From Minisyncoccia bacterium (lineage in GTDB: Bacteria; Patescibacteriota; Minisyncoccia; Phycocordibacterales; JAKFXT01), in assembly GCA_041485465.1 (NCBI GenBank), contig JBGPJO010000004.1, forward strand, positions 1 through 64,000: 64,000 nucleotides of DNA, in the 5' to 3' direction. A program made the translations under genes and the position numbers. Below the pieces are notes generated by a model. That model searched no databases, had not been told where the DNA came from, and saw only the letters and a list, made by a program, of their open reading frames with translations. Shown here in pieces: positions 18,931-29,235 of this stretch. How positions within the stretch are numbered: the stretch's first letter is position 1; every line of letters begins with the position of its first letter.

Positions 18931-19380
18931 ATGGCGGCGGTTAAAATTCTAACCCTACGAAGTCTCGCAAAAGATAGGCTAAAAGAGGCCAGAATACTTT
19001 TTGCATCGGATAAATTCCACGGTGCAAAATATCTCTGCGGCTATGCCGTTGAACATGCCGTCAAATACCGTATTTGTAGACATCTTGGATGGTCCTCTTA
19101 TCCACCCCAAAATCCTAAATCGAGTAGTAACGATGCAACTTGGGATGGTCTTGCGAGTTTCAAAACACACGATCTTCAGATTCTTTTGTTGTTCACGGGC
19201 TGTCTAGATCGGATATTTAATAATGTCGCTCTGGTTGCGGCATGGGATGATGTTAAAAATTGGGATTCTGAAATTCGTTATGAGGCGATAAAAACACATA
19301 AAGTCGAACAAGCTAAGTTGAGGACCTTTCTAGAGTCTGCGGCAATTATTATGAGATCTTTGGGTTGTCCCACTTCATAA
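18931..19380 (+). CDS. HEPN-domain protein (TA-type)
   Basis: RLKEARIL...YLCGYAVEHAVK...THDL..L...W...RY pattern. Confidence 0.75.
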   Translation: MAAVKILTLRSLAKDRLKEARILFASDKFHGAKYLCGYAVEHAVKYRICRHLGWSSYPPQNPKSSSNDATWDGLASFKTHDLQILLLFTGCLDRIFNNVALVAAWDDVKNWDSEIRYEAIKTHKVEQAKLRTFLESAAIIMRSLGCPTS

Positions 19381-19386
19381 ATTTAT

Positions 19387-19911
19387 ATGGACGAAAAAAA
19401 CTTAAAAAAACTTAAAAAAATAGATTCTGAAATTAGAAAAGACAGGGGGGTTCCTTCTTTCTTTGCTGCATTCTTGCGGACAGACATATTAAATAAACAA
19501 AATATAGAGAAATGGGATTTACTATTCAGCGCATCTTGGATAAATCAAAAGAGTAAGCGCAAAGAACGAGAATATATTTTTTCAAAACTAATCAAAAAAT
19601 TTTCGCCTAATGAACTGTCTAGTTTCCTGCAGAAACTCGACATTATTAATTCTAAAGATCCCTTTATTAAAGAAGTAACTAAAAAACTTGGTTTGATTAG
19701 CAACGACACTGTTTTGGTAGAGGGACTTTTAATAGGATCAGGAAAAAATAGCATCTCTATTACAAGATCGTTCATTTTTTCATCTACTCCTGCTATTCGG
19801 CCTGCTGAGGCTAAACCTAGTAAAACTGGCTTCCCAGTAAGTCGCGGTACGAAAACCGGAGATAGTCCAAAGGCTATTGGAAAAATTTCTAAACCTAAAG
19901 ACGGGAGTTAA
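19387..19911 (+). CDS. hypothetical protein, putative HEPN partner
   Basis: Starts 6 nt after the HEPN gene; F.AF.R.D...WDLLFSASW motif. Confidence 0.6.
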   Translation: MDEKNLKKLKKIDSEIRKDRGVPSFFAAFLRTDILNKQNIEKWDLLFSASWINQKSKRKEREYIFSKLIKKFSPNELSSFLQKLDIINSKDPFIKEVTKKLGLISNDTVLVEGLLIGSGKNSISITRSFIFSSTPAIRPAEAKPSKTGFPVSRGTKTGDSPKAIGKISKPKDGS

Positions 19912-20164
19912 TCCAAGTCCAAATATCTCGATCCATCCACCCTGCATTTTGACCAGTTTCCACTCTAGTAATAAAAATTCTATCTGAGACGTCTAAGTGA
20001 TGACGAAGATGTTCGTAAATTTGTCCTGCGGTCCAAGAAGTGGATACAAACCAAGTAGAATGCAGTACGTTATCACGAATGTAGTCGTATTGTTGTAAAG
20101 CCGAATATAGGCTCGTATAATCTTTGCCTGGTTTGTTAAGCTGATATTTGATGACGTAAATCAT
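19895..20164 (-). CDS. Cas2/VapD-like ferredoxin-fold small protein
   Basis: YVIKYQL.KPGKDY..LY.AL...STW...IY..L...D.IFI pattern. Confidence 0.6.
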   Translation of the reverse strand: MIYVIKYQLNKPGKDYTSLYSALQQYDYIRDNVLHSTWFVSTSWTAGQIYEHLRHHLDVSDRIFITRVETGQNAGWMDRDIWTWINSRL

Positions 20165-20393
20165 TACTATATTATTCTACACCGACAATTATGATCGTAC
20201 ACGCGGGTTGACCACCCGGGGAAGGTGTTCCCAAGTCTGTAACTTTTTCTAAAAAACCCCTGCTTCTGTTACCAGAAGGTCACGGGTAACTGGTAAACCT
20301 TAGGTGCAGTAAACATCGGGGATATCCCAACTCTGCTTGCCCTCCTCGGTTGCGAAAATCCCCATCATGCCCCACAAAGGCTTTCCCCCTCTT

Positions 20394-20678
20394 TTACTGC
20401 ACTCCTTGCACTGTCGGGGTCGATGGATTGAGAAGATGACTTTGAATTGTTGGTAAAATGGTATTTATAAAGAAATTATAAAGATACAGAGCCGGTTCTT
20501 TGAGTATCTTATCCCAAAGAACATACCAAAGGTCTTTTCCTTTAGCGATAATCGCTTGGCCCTCCGTAGAATCGGCAAAACCTCTGACGTCAACCTTAAA
20601 ATACCACAGGAGAAAAACCGCAATGATTAGGAGAATTAAAAGTTTGAAAAATCCACGCCGCGGTGAAATTTTATTCAT
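20394..20678 (-). CDS. hypothetical membrane protein
   Basis: RRGF followed by a TM helix (pilin-leader-like N-terminus). Confidence 0.7.
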   Translation of the reverse strand: MNKISPRRGFFKLLILLIIAVFLLWYFKVDVRGFADSTEGQAIIAKGKDLWYVLWDKILKEPALYLYNFFINTILPTIQSHLLNPSTPTVQGVQ

Positions 20679-20705
20679 GATTTACTAACTATTCTACTAT
20701 GTATT

Positions 20706-21977
20706 TTAAAGATAGAGCAGTGGATTAAGATAGGCTTTAAGATCAGCAACCGGAAGCGTGTAAGTGCCGCCGCATACCCTGCTTTTCAAAGTGGTAATTC
20801 GTACGCCTTCGGACGCGTATACGCCAAAATGAAGATGCGGCCCTGTCGCATAGCCGGTTGAGCCCGAGTAGCCGATAAGTTCTCTTGTGTCTACGTTCTG
20901 GCCAACCCCTACTTTAATGAGCGAGAGATGGGCATAGAGGGTGGAGAGGCCATTTAAGTGTTTAATCATGATCCATTTACCGTAGGAGGCCCCCGGACAA
21001 ACGGTATCGGTATCACCCGTTCCTAAGACAACGCCCTGAAGCGCCGCCTTAATGGGCGTGCCTGGAGCGGCACGTAGGTCAATACCATTATGCCCCTTGC
21101 CATTATAAGCTTGCGGATTTTGACGCGAAAAGTCAGTATCGCCGAATTGTTGCGTGACAAAAGGATTATCAACCGGCCACGATAGAATACCCGATCCGGG
21201 ATGAGGAAAACTCCCCGGGTCAACAATCAGTTTCAGTTGAGACTCGTAATTTGAAATTTCCTGCTGAGCGGCGACCCTCTTTGCTTCCCTATCGGCAAGC
21301 AGCTTTTTGTAATTGGCTTGATTATTCTTTGTCGCCAAAAGAAGCTTGTTAGTTTCCTGTTTGTTGGCTTCGACAATTTTCTTTTGGTCGGAAAGTTGAT
21401 TTTGAAGTGTTTGTAGTTCTTGACGTTTCGCTTCAGTCTCAGTCTTTGAATCATTCAAATCATTTTTAAGTTGTGTCAGTTGATTGACCTTGTCTTTAAT
21501 CGCCCCGTGAAGCTCTTCAAGCGCGGCCCGATTATTCCACAGATCACCGAGATTCCCATAAGTCAAAATCGCTTCAAGAAGGGATGTTTGATCGGAATCA
21601 GAAACTTCACGGATGCTCTTCTCGAGAGCGCTTTTTTGCAGACTTATTTGTCCTTCCTTGTCGCCGATTTGGTTCTTAAGAGATTGAATAGTGAGATTAA
21701 CAGCGTCTATCTTTTTCTGTGTAAGCGCAATGTCAGCGGTTAATTTTTTCCGCGCAAGCTCGAGCGCCTGGAGCGCGCCCTGAAGCGTGCCGACCTGTTT
21801 CCCCGTTTCAGTGATCTGCTGCTGGTAGCTGGCAATTTCTTTTTCGAGATTTTGTATTTCCGTGTTCTTCGCGTCTATCTTTTGTTGTAGCTCATCGGCA
21901 GTCTGGGCAAAAGAATACGAGGTTCCTATGGAAAGAAACAAGAGCGAAATAATTAGTAACCGGAGAACGTTCATCAT
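20706..21977 (-). CDS. M23 family peptidase with long coiled coil
   Basis: Signal peptide, coiled coil, HNGID, YAHL, TGPHLHF. Confidence 0.92.
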   Translation of the reverse strand: MMNVLRLLIISLLFLSIGTSYSFAQTADELQQKIDAKNTEIQNLEKEIASYQQQITETGKQVGTLQGALQALELARKKLTADIALTQKKIDAVNLTIQSLKNQIGDKEGQISLQKSALEKSIREVSDSDQTSLLEAILTYGNLGDLWNNRAALEELHGAIKDKVNQLTQLKNDLNDSKTETEAKRQELQTLQNQLSDQKKIVEANKQETNKLLLATKNNQANYKKLLADREAKRVAAQQEISNYESQLKLIVDPGSFPHPGSGILSWPVDNPFVTQQFGDTDFSRQNPQAYNGKGHNGIDLRAAPGTPIKAALQGVVLGTGDTDTVCPGASYGKWIMIKHLNGLSTLYAHLSLIKVGVGQNVDTRELIGYSGSTGYATGPHLHFGVYASEGVRITTLKSRVCGGTYTLPVADLKAYLNPLLYL

Positions 21978-23386
21978 TCATTTAATTTATGAAGCCGCTC
22001 TGCCGCGCTTTTAAGGCGGAGCTCTGTTTCCTCCTTTCCTAAAACCGCAGCAAGAGTAAAGGGGTCGGGCGATTTTTCTTTTCCGGAAAGGGCAACCCGC
22101 ATAGGCCATAGCACCTCTCCCCTTCCCTCTTTTGTGGCATATTCCCAAAGAGCGCTCTTAATCCCCTCTTTGGTAAATCCTTCCTTGGGAATACGATCGA
22201 GTTCTTCAATCAACCGAAGAATGTGCGATTCAATTCTTTTGCTGTCAGGATGAACTTCTTTTTTCGGGGCGGGTAAGATTCGGGCGATTTCGAAGACCGG
22301 TTTGTCAAAGATGTAATTGAATTCACCCGCCTCCCTCATCGCCTCAATATCCCCGAAGATTGAGATACGGTCGCGGATCTCGGGAAGAAACCGTGAAAAT
22401 CGCTCTTCGGACCATCCAGGAAGAGCCGTGATATTTTCCGGAAGCCGCTCGAGAACCCCCTTTTTAAAATCCTCTTCGGAAAGTTTTTTCATGTGTTCAC
22501 GGTTAATCCATCTCAATTTCTCGACATCAAAAACCGCGCCGGCTTTTTGCATCTTCTCAAGTTCAAACTCTTTGATCAGCTCTTCGATGGTAAAAATCTC
22601 CCGGTCGTCCCCCGGGTGCCAGCCGAGGAGCGCGAGATAATTAATGAGTGCTTCCGGTAAAAATCCCAGCTTTCGATATTCGGTAATGGGAACCGAGCCA
22701 TTCCGCTTCGAAAGCTTTGCCCTGTCTTGACCCAAGACAAAGGGAATATGGCAGTAAACGGGCCGGGGCGCGCCGATTGCCTCTTGGATCAAAATCTGAC
22801 GCGGCGTGTTGTAAATGCCGTCAACACCGCGAATGACATGGGTAATGCCCATTTCAAAATCGTCAACAACAACCGCGAGATGATACAGGGGCTCCTCGAG
22901 ATTTTTCGCGATAACAAAATCTTTGAGCTCGCTCGTGTCCACGGTGATTTCACCGAGTACCAGATCCGTAAAGGTCACCTTCTTGTTGGGATTTTTAAAA
23001 CGAATCACTTCGGAGCGCCGCTCGCGATGTTCCCCTTTTTCGTCTTCCGCCTCCTCCTCTCCCCCCTCAGATATGTATGTTTCCTCCGAAGAAAGATACG
23101 CCGTTCCCTCCGCGATCATTTTTCCCAGATACTTTTTATAGATCAGCGTCCGCTCCGATTGTTTATAGATCGCATCAAATGAAAGCTTGAGCCATTGGAG
23201 CGCATCAAAATTGCTTTCTTCAAATTCTTTTTTGGAACGGGACTTATCGGTATCCTCGAAACGAAGAATAATCTTGCCGCCGGTTTTTTTGGCGAAAAGA
23301 TAATTAAAAAGAGCGGTGCGCATGCCCCCGACATGCGGATGTCCGGTCGGGCTCGGCGGGTATCGTGTTATGACGGAATCGGCCAT
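21974..23386 (-). CDS. gltX: glutamate--tRNA ligase
   Basis: PSPTG.PHVGG, RFEDTD, THVIRG, KLSKR. Confidence 0.95.
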   Translation of the reverse strand: MADSVITRYPPSPTGHPHVGGMRTALFNYLFAKKTGGKIILRFEDTDKSRSKKEFEESNFDALQWLKLSFDAIYKQSERTLIYKKYLGKMIAEGTAYLSSEETYISEGGEEEAEDEKGEHRERRSEVIRFKNPNKKVTFTDLVLGEITVDTSELKDFVIAKNLEEPLYHLAVVVDDFEMGITHVIRGVDGIYNTPRQILIQEAIGAPRPVYCHIPFVLGQDRAKLSKRNGSVPITEYRKLGFLPEALINYLALLGWHPGDDREIFTIEELIKEFELEKMQKAGAVFDVEKLRWINREHMKKLSEEDFKKGVLERLPENITALPGWSEERFSRFLPEIRDRISIFGDIEAMREAGEFNYIFDKPVFEIARILPAPKKEVHPDSKRIESHILRLIEELDRIPKEGFTKEGIKSALWEYATKEGRGEVLWPMRVALSGKEKSPDPFTLAAVLGKEETELRLKSAAERLHKLNE

Positions 23387-23394
23387 AGCTATAC

Positions 23395-24525
23395 TTATGC
23401 GGTTTCGTGAGAGAGGGCAATTTCGATAATTACTCGTGCGATTTTTTCGGCAGCATCCGGCTTCGCCAATTTGCTTGCGGCTTCCCTCATAGACATTTGA
23501 AGTTTTTTATCACCCATAATCTTATCAATCTCAAAAAGAAGGAGGGAGGGCGTGACGTTCTTTTCTTCCATGACGATGCCGGCGCCGGCACGCGCGTAGG
23601 CAAAGGCATTTCCCGTTTGGTCGTGGCTTGTGGGCTTCGGTATCGGAATGACAATGGCAGGCACTTTCCAAATCGCTACCTCAAAAAGAGTTGACCCCGC
23701 CCGCGTAATGATCAGATCGGCGACACCGGCTGCCATACGAAGCGTCAGGGTGTTGAGGTAGGCATAGGGGTGGTAGCGATCGATGCGGGCATTCCCCCGG
23801 AGCACCACTTTTGAAGTATCCGCCATAAGTTTGTAATGCTTTTCGCCGGTCTGATGGACAATCTGATACTTTTCGACAAGCTTCGACAAAGAATCGAGGA
23901 TCGCGTCATTGATATTCTGGGCGCCCTGCGAACCACCGAGAATAAGAATCATGGAAGCCCCCTCTTCAAGCTTCAAGAAATCGCGCGCGCCCTCGGCCAC
24001 AACTTCTATAAGATCCGTGCGGATCGGATTCCCTGTCCAGGCCACTTTTTCTTCCGGAAAAAATTTACCGGCCTCTTTATAAGAGACGGCTATACGCTCG
24101 GCAAACTTACCGGCCCAGGCGCTTACTTTGCCGGGCGAGGTATCAGACTCGTGGATGACGACCGGAATCCGAAGAATTTTTGCCGCAAAAAGCGCCGGGA
24201 AGCTCGCGTAACCGCCTTTGGCAAAAACAACGTCAGGAAAAATCGCAAAGACCGAGATCAGCGCTTTTAAGACTCCAAATCCCGTCTTGAAAAAATCGAA
24301 AAAATTCAAAATTGAAAAGTATCGGCGGATTTTGCCGGCAGAGGCATACCGATACGCAATGTTGTTCTCAAAAAGGGCCCGCTCGTCGTAGGGTGAGGGC
24401 GCCATGTAGAAAAGTTCCGGCTGGATAAGCTTTTCTTCCTTTGTAATTCGATTGATTTCCTCGGCAACGGCGATAATCGGGTAAAAATGCCCACCGGTGC
24501 CACCGCCAGTAAAGAGAATTTTCAT
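23395..24525 (-). CDS. murG: MurG N-acetylglucosamine transferase
   Basis: GGGTGGH, GGY, HES, GNPIR, GGSQGA, RAG, DQ..NA. Confidence 0.96.
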   Translation of the reverse strand: MKILFTGGGTGGHFYPIIAVAEEINRITKEEKLIQPELFYMAPSPYDERALFENNIAYRYASAGKIRRYFSILNFFDFFKTGFGVLKALISVFAIFPDVVFAKGGYASFPALFAAKILRIPVVIHESDTSPGKVSAWAGKFAERIAVSYKEAGKFFPEEKVAWTGNPIRTDLIEVVAEGARDFLKLEEGASMILILGGSQGAQNINDAILDSLSKLVEKYQIVHQTGEKHYKLMADTSKVVLRGNARIDRYHPYAYLNTLTLRMAAGVADLIITRAGSTLFEVAIWKVPAIVIPIPKPTSHDQTGNAFAYARAGAGIVMEEKNVTPSLLLFEIDKIMGDKKLQMSMREAASKLAKPDAAEKIARVIIEIALSHETA

Positions 24526-25619
24526 ACTTTTTGGTAGCGAGAGATGTTTAAGAGTATCCCCGCTTCGGCAAGGGCTATCAAAAGCGCCGTACCGCCCTGA
24601 CTTACGAAAACAAGCGGGGTCCCAGAAAGCGGAAAAACAGCTAGCATTGAAGCGATATTAAGGAATGACTGGGAGATTATCAGTATAACAATTCCCAAGG
24701 CGGTGAGTCCACCGAACGTGTCCTGTGCTCTCGAAGCGATACGGAGACCCCGGAGAGCGAAAAAAAGAAATAAAAGGATGAGCAAGGACGCCCCAATGAA
24801 GCCAAATTCCTCGCCCGCTACCGCGAAAATCGAATCCCCGATCGGCTCCGGAAGGTAGCCGAATTTTTGGACACTTTGTCCGAATCCCCTCCCGGTCAGC
24901 CCTCCCGAGCCGATCGCTATTAATGATTGGTAGACTTGATAGCCCGCGCCGTAATAATCAACATTGCTCAAATTAATGAAAGCAAGCAGCCGCTCCTTAA
25001 GATACGGCCGAAAAAGAAGAAGCGCGCCGCCGCCGAGTACCCCGACGAAGCCGAGAATGAGCATATCCTTAAACCGTCCCCCCGCGACAAGAAACATGGC
25101 AAGTCCCGCGAAAAAAAGAGTAAAGAAGGAGTCGGTATCAGGCTGGAGCAAAAGGACAGCTCCGGAAATCCCCGAAAGAATAAAGAACGGAAGCAGGCCG
25201 AATTTAAAATCTTTGACCTTATCTTTGACCATCGAAAGCCAGGCGGCGAAATAAATGACAAAAGAAAGCCGCAGGAGCTCGGAGGGCTCAAAAGTAAAAG
25301 AGCCGACCGAAATCCAGCGGCGAGCGCCCCCGTGCTCAAAGCCGATACCCGGCACAAAGACAAGGAGCGTCAGGAACAGCGCCGCGATAAAAAAATAAAA
25401 AGAGTATTTCCGTAAGTGGCGATAATTGAGATTTGAAAAAACAAAAAGTGCCACCCCGCCAAAGAGCAGCCCAAAGACCAACTGTTTTAAAGCGGTCGCC
25501 TCGAAACTTGCTCCCGGTCTCGTCAAAAGTCCGAGTGAGGCGGAGAAAAAAATAATGAAACCAAAGACGACGAGGGTGAGAACAATGAAGAAAAAGGGGC
25601 GATCAAAGTGTCTTTTCAT
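24522..25619 (-). CDS. ftsW: SEDS peptidoglycan glycosyltransferase FtsW
   Basis: GARRW, EPSE, QPD, GYQ, LPE...D, P.VSQGGT; located between mraY and murG. Confidence 0.93.
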   Translation of the reverse strand: MKRHFDRPFFFIVLTLVVFGFIIFFSASLGLLTRPGASFEATALKQLVFGLLFGGVALFVFSNLNYRHLRKYSFYFFIAALFLTLLVFVPGIGFEHGGARRWISVGSFTFEPSELLRLSFVIYFAAWLSMVKDKVKDFKFGLLPFFILSGISGAVLLLQPDTDSFFTLFFAGLAMFLVAGGRFKDMLILGFVGVLGGGALLLFRPYLKERLLAFINLSNVDYYGAGYQVYQSLIAIGSGGLTGRGFGQSVQKFGYLPEPIGDSIFAVAGEEFGFIGASLLILLFLFFALRGLRIASRAQDTFGGLTALGIVILIISQSFLNIASMLAVFPLSGTPLVFVSQGGTALLIALAEAGILLNISRYQKV

Positions 25620-25625
25620 AAACGC

Positions 25626-26696
25626 TTAACCAAGAAGAGCAACGACAATTCCCAAAATTGCAAAGATCACACCAATAATCCAGAAACGCATTGTTACTTT
25701 ATACCCCGGCCAGCCAAGCGCTTCGAAATGGTGGTGAATCGGAGCAACAAGAAAAACTTTCTTGCCCCGAAATTTCTTTGATGTCAGCTGAATGATATCA
25801 GAAAGACTGGTCGCGATAAGAGGCGCGGCAATGATCGGGAGCGCAATTAAACCATGCCCGTCTCCCAAAGCATCTGTCATAAAGGCGACAACTGAAAGCG
25901 TAATGGTAAGCCCCATCGTGCCGGTTTCCGACATGTAAAATCGGGCCGGTGGAATATTGAACCACAAGAAGGCAAGGATACCGCCGACGACCGTGGCACA
26001 GAAGGCCGCCAGGTCGATTTGATGCTGGTAGAAAGCTATCGCGGCATAGGAAGCAAACATTGTCGCGAATATTCCGCCGGCAAGCCCGTCGATACCGTCA
26101 ATAACCCCACCGGAGTAAATGCCGAGCGCGACGATAACAAAGAGAGGAATGAAAAGCCAGCCAATCGTTAACTGACCGATAACCGGAAAACCAATTGCGG
26201 TGACGCCTAATTTGAAGTAAAACCACAAAGCGCATAAAAGCGCGATGAAAGCGACCAGGAGCAACCGCTTCTTCAAAGAAAGCCCGCCGGCAATATGATC
26301 CCCCGTTCCTTTTACCTCGAGAAAATCGTCAATCAGACCGAGAAATGCTCCAACAAGAAGAACGACGAGCGGCACCCAAGTCTGACTTCTTGAGAGAAAA
26401 TCAAGTTTATTGAATACTTCGCCGTTGGTCACCTGATCGACAAGCCAGATGCCAACAACGGTAATAGCCGTTGCCGCCCAGATAACCACTCCACCCATCT
26501 TCGGCGTGCCAACCTCCTTGTTTTTATGGAGCTCGTTGAAAATCGGGGTGTTGCTCCCGTCAAGCGACACTTTCCCGGCTTTTTTCTTCCACATTCGGTT
26601 CCGATAAAGATAATTGGTCAGAAACGGCGTAATACCAATGCCCACAGTAAAGGCAATAACGGAAGGAAGAAAAACTTTGAAGACATCGAGAATCAT
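25626..26696 (-). CDS. mraY: phospho-N-acetylmuramoyl-pentapeptide transferase
   Basis: GTPKMGG, DD, DGIDGL, FNIPPA, APIHHHFE. Confidence 0.95.
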   Translation of the reverse strand: MILDVFKVFLPSVIAFTVGIGITPFLTNYLYRNRMWKKKAGKVSLDGSNTPIFNELHKNKEVGTPKMGGVVIWAATAITVVGIWLVDQVTNGEVFNKLDFLSRSQTWVPLVVLLVGAFLGLIDDFLEVKGTGDHIAGGLSLKKRLLLVAFIALLCALWFYFKLGVTAIGFPVIGQLTIGWLFIPLFVIVALGIYSGGVIDGIDGLAGGIFATMFASYAAIAFYQHQIDLAAFCATVVGGILAFLWFNIPPARFYMSETGTMGLTITLSVVAFMTDALGDGHGLIALPIIAAPLIATSLSDIIQLTSKKFRGKKVFLVAPIHHHFEALGWPGYKVTMRFWIIGVIFAILGIVVALLG

Positions 26697-26720
26697 GCTT
26701 CGTAGTATTAGTATACAGAA

Positions 26721-27710
26721 TTATTGGGAGCTTGAATCGCTCTCAAAGAGGTAGCGGAGGGAGGCGGAAACAAGTTCTTTGACATCGTCGAATCGACCTT
26801 TTTCCGAAGAACCAAGAATGGCAATTGTTATGGGATGAAGCGGACCGGCGTCGAACATAACGACCAGATTCCCCCCCGCAAGATCGGTAAAGCCGGTTTT
26901 TGAAGCGATAATGCCGGGGATCTCTTCAACCACGGAATTTGTGTTTTTAACCTTGTAGAGCGTCTTCCCTACCGAGGAAACCGTAATCGAATCATAGGTC
27001 GTCGCTTCAAATGCGTCGGGAAAACTTGAAACCGCGTAGCTGAAAAGCTTTGCGATGTCATGAGCGGAACCATAGGCGCCCGAGACGCTCAGGTTCTGAT
27101 CAAGTCCGGTGGCATTCAAAAAATACGTCTGGGAAAGTCCCAATTCTTTGGCTTTTTTATTCATCGCCTCAAGAAACGGGCCATCGGCCTCTTCAAGAGT
27201 AGTCGAGGCCGATATACCGTTTTGAAAAGTACCGTAGGCGCCCGCGATAGCGGCCGCACCATCATTTGAAGATTCAACGAGCGTGGCATCAAGAATATCC
27301 TGAAGCCGCCATTTCTGTCCGTCTCGAAAACCGTTATTGCCATCTTCATTCAAATAGTGCTGATTGATCGTAACGGTGGCGTCTTTTGGTAATAGATCGC
27401 GAGCGGTAAGTGCCACCATAATTTTGGTGAGAGAGGCAAGCGGCAGTTGCGCCTCAGCGTCTTTCTCAAATAAAATCTGATCGCGAGCGACATCGTACAC
27501 AACCGCGGCTTTAGCGGTGATGGGAACATTCGGAAAATTAACTTTTTTTATGAAGCCATCAGCGGTGACAATTGAGGCTTCTTCTTTGCCACTCCCATTC
27601 CCCTTCAAGGAAGATAGGAATTCCGAGATACCGACGGAGGTCACGATAATTGAAACTCCCAAAAGCCCCATCAGAAAATATGCCTTTGATTTTGAAATTT
27701 CGTTACTCAT
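26721..27710 (-). CDS. D-alanyl-D-alanine carboxypeptidase (S11)
   Basis: ASLTK (SxxK), SSN, KTG; N-terminal TM; start placed at MSNEIS. Confidence 0.9.
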   Translation of the reverse strand: MSNEISKSKAYFLMGLLGVSIIVTSVGISEFLSSLKGNGSGKEEASIVTADGFIKKVNFPNVPITAKAAVVYDVARDQILFEKDAEAQLPLASLTKIMVALTARDLLPKDATVTINQHYLNEDGNNGFRDGQKWRLQDILDATLVESSNDGAAAIAGAYGTFQNGISASTTLEEADGPFLEAMNKKAKELGLSQTYFLNATGLDQNLSVSGAYGSAHDIAKLFSYAVSSFPDAFEATTYDSITVSSVGKTLYKVKNTNSVVEEIPGIIASKTGFTDLAGGNLVVMFDAGPLHPITIAILGSSEKGRFDDVKELVSASLRYLFESDSSSQ

Positions 27711-28263
27711 GGATATTTTCTTTTTCGCCCGCCGTTTCCGCCGCTTTTTCCCGTATTTCAAGTTCTGTTTTGACCTCTGTATATTCGGCCAAATCCTCAA
27801 CCTTAGAAATTCCAAGATACGAAAGCAGTTCAAATGTTGGTTTGTAAAGAAAACTTCTTCGATCGCCAGGATTCTCTGTCCGCTCGACAAGCCCCCGAAC
27901 CAAGAGATTTCGGAGAATAAAAGTCGAGGACACCCCCCTAATGTAATCAATCCGGCTCCTTGAAACCGGAGAAAGGTAGAGGACGACAGAGAGCGTTTCA
28001 AGGCCAGCTCGTCCTAAATCTTTATGGAGCTCTTCTTTGGTTATTTTTTCAATAAGAGAACCGAGTTTCGGATTAGTACCAAGCATCACCTCCTCTTCTT
28101 TTCGAACGAGGATAAGCCCCCGTTCGGAAAGCGACTGAGAGAGACCGCCAAGCGCTTCCGCCACTTTTTCTTCAGGCTCGTTTAAAAGTTCGGCCAATTT
28201 TTTGACCGGGGTAGGTTCTCCGCGAAAGAAAAGGATCGCCTCAATTTTGGCTTCAAGATTCAT
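27703..28263 (-). CDS. scpB: SMC-Scp complex subunit ScpB
   Basis: IEAILF, LETLSVVLY..P, IDYIRGV, L..RGLV. Confidence 0.95.
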   Translation of the reverse strand: MNLEAKIEAILFFRGEPTPVKKLAELLNEPEEKVAEALGGLSQSLSERGLILVRKEEEVMLGTNPKLGSLIEKITKEELHKDLGRAGLETLSVVLYLSPVSRSRIDYIRGVSSTFILRNLLVRGLVERTENPGDRRSFLYKPTFELLSYLGISKVEDLAEYTEVKTELEIREKAAETAGEKENIHE

Positions 28264-28393
28264 GATTATTATCAAGATTATCAAAAAATGGCTCAATTAC
28301 AACGTGGGGAAATAAAGTAAACCCAGCGTGAAATCATTTTACTTTATTTTTAAACCTGATAACTTTAGATGATTCGTTCTTTGGGAGGGTGTC

Positions 28394-28750
28394 GTGATTT
28401 CAAAAAACGCAGTCCCCGTCAAGTTTCGTGCCGAGCCCTCGCCATTCCTTCTGCCCCAAAGCATCATCGCGAGTTTCTCGGGGTCAAAAAAAATTGACGG
28501 AGGGGATGAAGTTCTCCAGTTTACGTTTGAGGGCGGTATGCTTTCAATTATTGGCGTTTCGTGGCGCTCAAGCCACAGAATGGTCATGGGAGAATTGTAT
28601 CAACTGGATCTCTCCCCCCTCGGCGAAGGAGTTTCATCATTTAGGACAAAACAAAATCCTCTAAAAGAAGAGGACTGGAGGGACGCAACGCTCAAGTGTC
28701 TTATCGATATCGACGTCGGAAACGATAACCTTGATCCTACAACATTGTGA
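28394..28750 (+). CDS. hypothetical protein
   Basis: 118-aa ORF with GGGAGGG SD. Confidence 0.55.
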   Translation: MISKNAVPVKFRAEPSPFLLPQSIIASFSGSKKIDGGDEVLQFTFEGGMLSIIGVSWRSSHRMVMGELYQLDLSPLGEGVSSFRTKQNPLKEEDWRDATLKCLIDIDVGNDNLDPTTL

Positions 28751-28854
28751 GAAAGAGGCGGGTCTGCCGGGGAGCAAAACCCCGGTATTTTTTATGATAT
28801 TTCGACACCCCCATATCTTTAGTTTTGGTTTACAACTAAAGCGACTATGGTAAA

Positions 28855-29229
28855 GTGCGAACAGGCAAAATAGGCGCAAAGGAGAAGGCGGTGGGCATCG
28901 GTATAAAGGTCAATGTGAAAAACCATACCAACGGCTGTATCCATGGATTCCTCCTCAAAAAGTACCGCGGCGACCCCCTCGAAATCGCTCTGCTCAATAC
29001 CCAATGGGGCGGTATCCTCTACATATACGGAGTCCCAACGGAAATTAAGAACAAGCTCAAGTGCGGCAGGCTCTATGAGTTCGTGATTCCGGGTACCTCG
29101 CTCCAAGAAATTGCTGGCAAAACGAGTTCCCGAAATGATTCTTGTGTCAACGAAAATCTCGCCGAAATCATCGACATCGAGACTGGAGAACGCATTGAAC
29201 CAGAACCTCGGGCCGCTACGGCGGCATGA
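28855..29229 (+). CDS. hypothetical protein
   Basis: 124-aa ORF followed by a terminator. Confidence 0.55.
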   Translation: MRTGKIGAKEKAVGIGIKVNVKNHTNGCIHGFLLKKYRGDPLEIALLNTQWGGILYIYGVPTEIKNKLKCGRLYEFVIPGTSLQEIAGKTSSRNDSCVNENLAEIIDIETGERIEPEPRAATAA

Positions 29230-29235
29230 TCCCCC

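Noticed and set aside
19895-20164. Possible CRISPR-Cas locus suggested by the Cas2-like gene (and the Cas4-like gene at 55371)
   Set aside because: No repeat-spacer array or cas1 was seen anywhere in the window.
27711-28001. Long N-terminal extension of the DD-carboxypeptidase ORF
   Set aside because: It overlaps scpB in another frame. The ATG at 27710 gives a normal TM-anchored protein.
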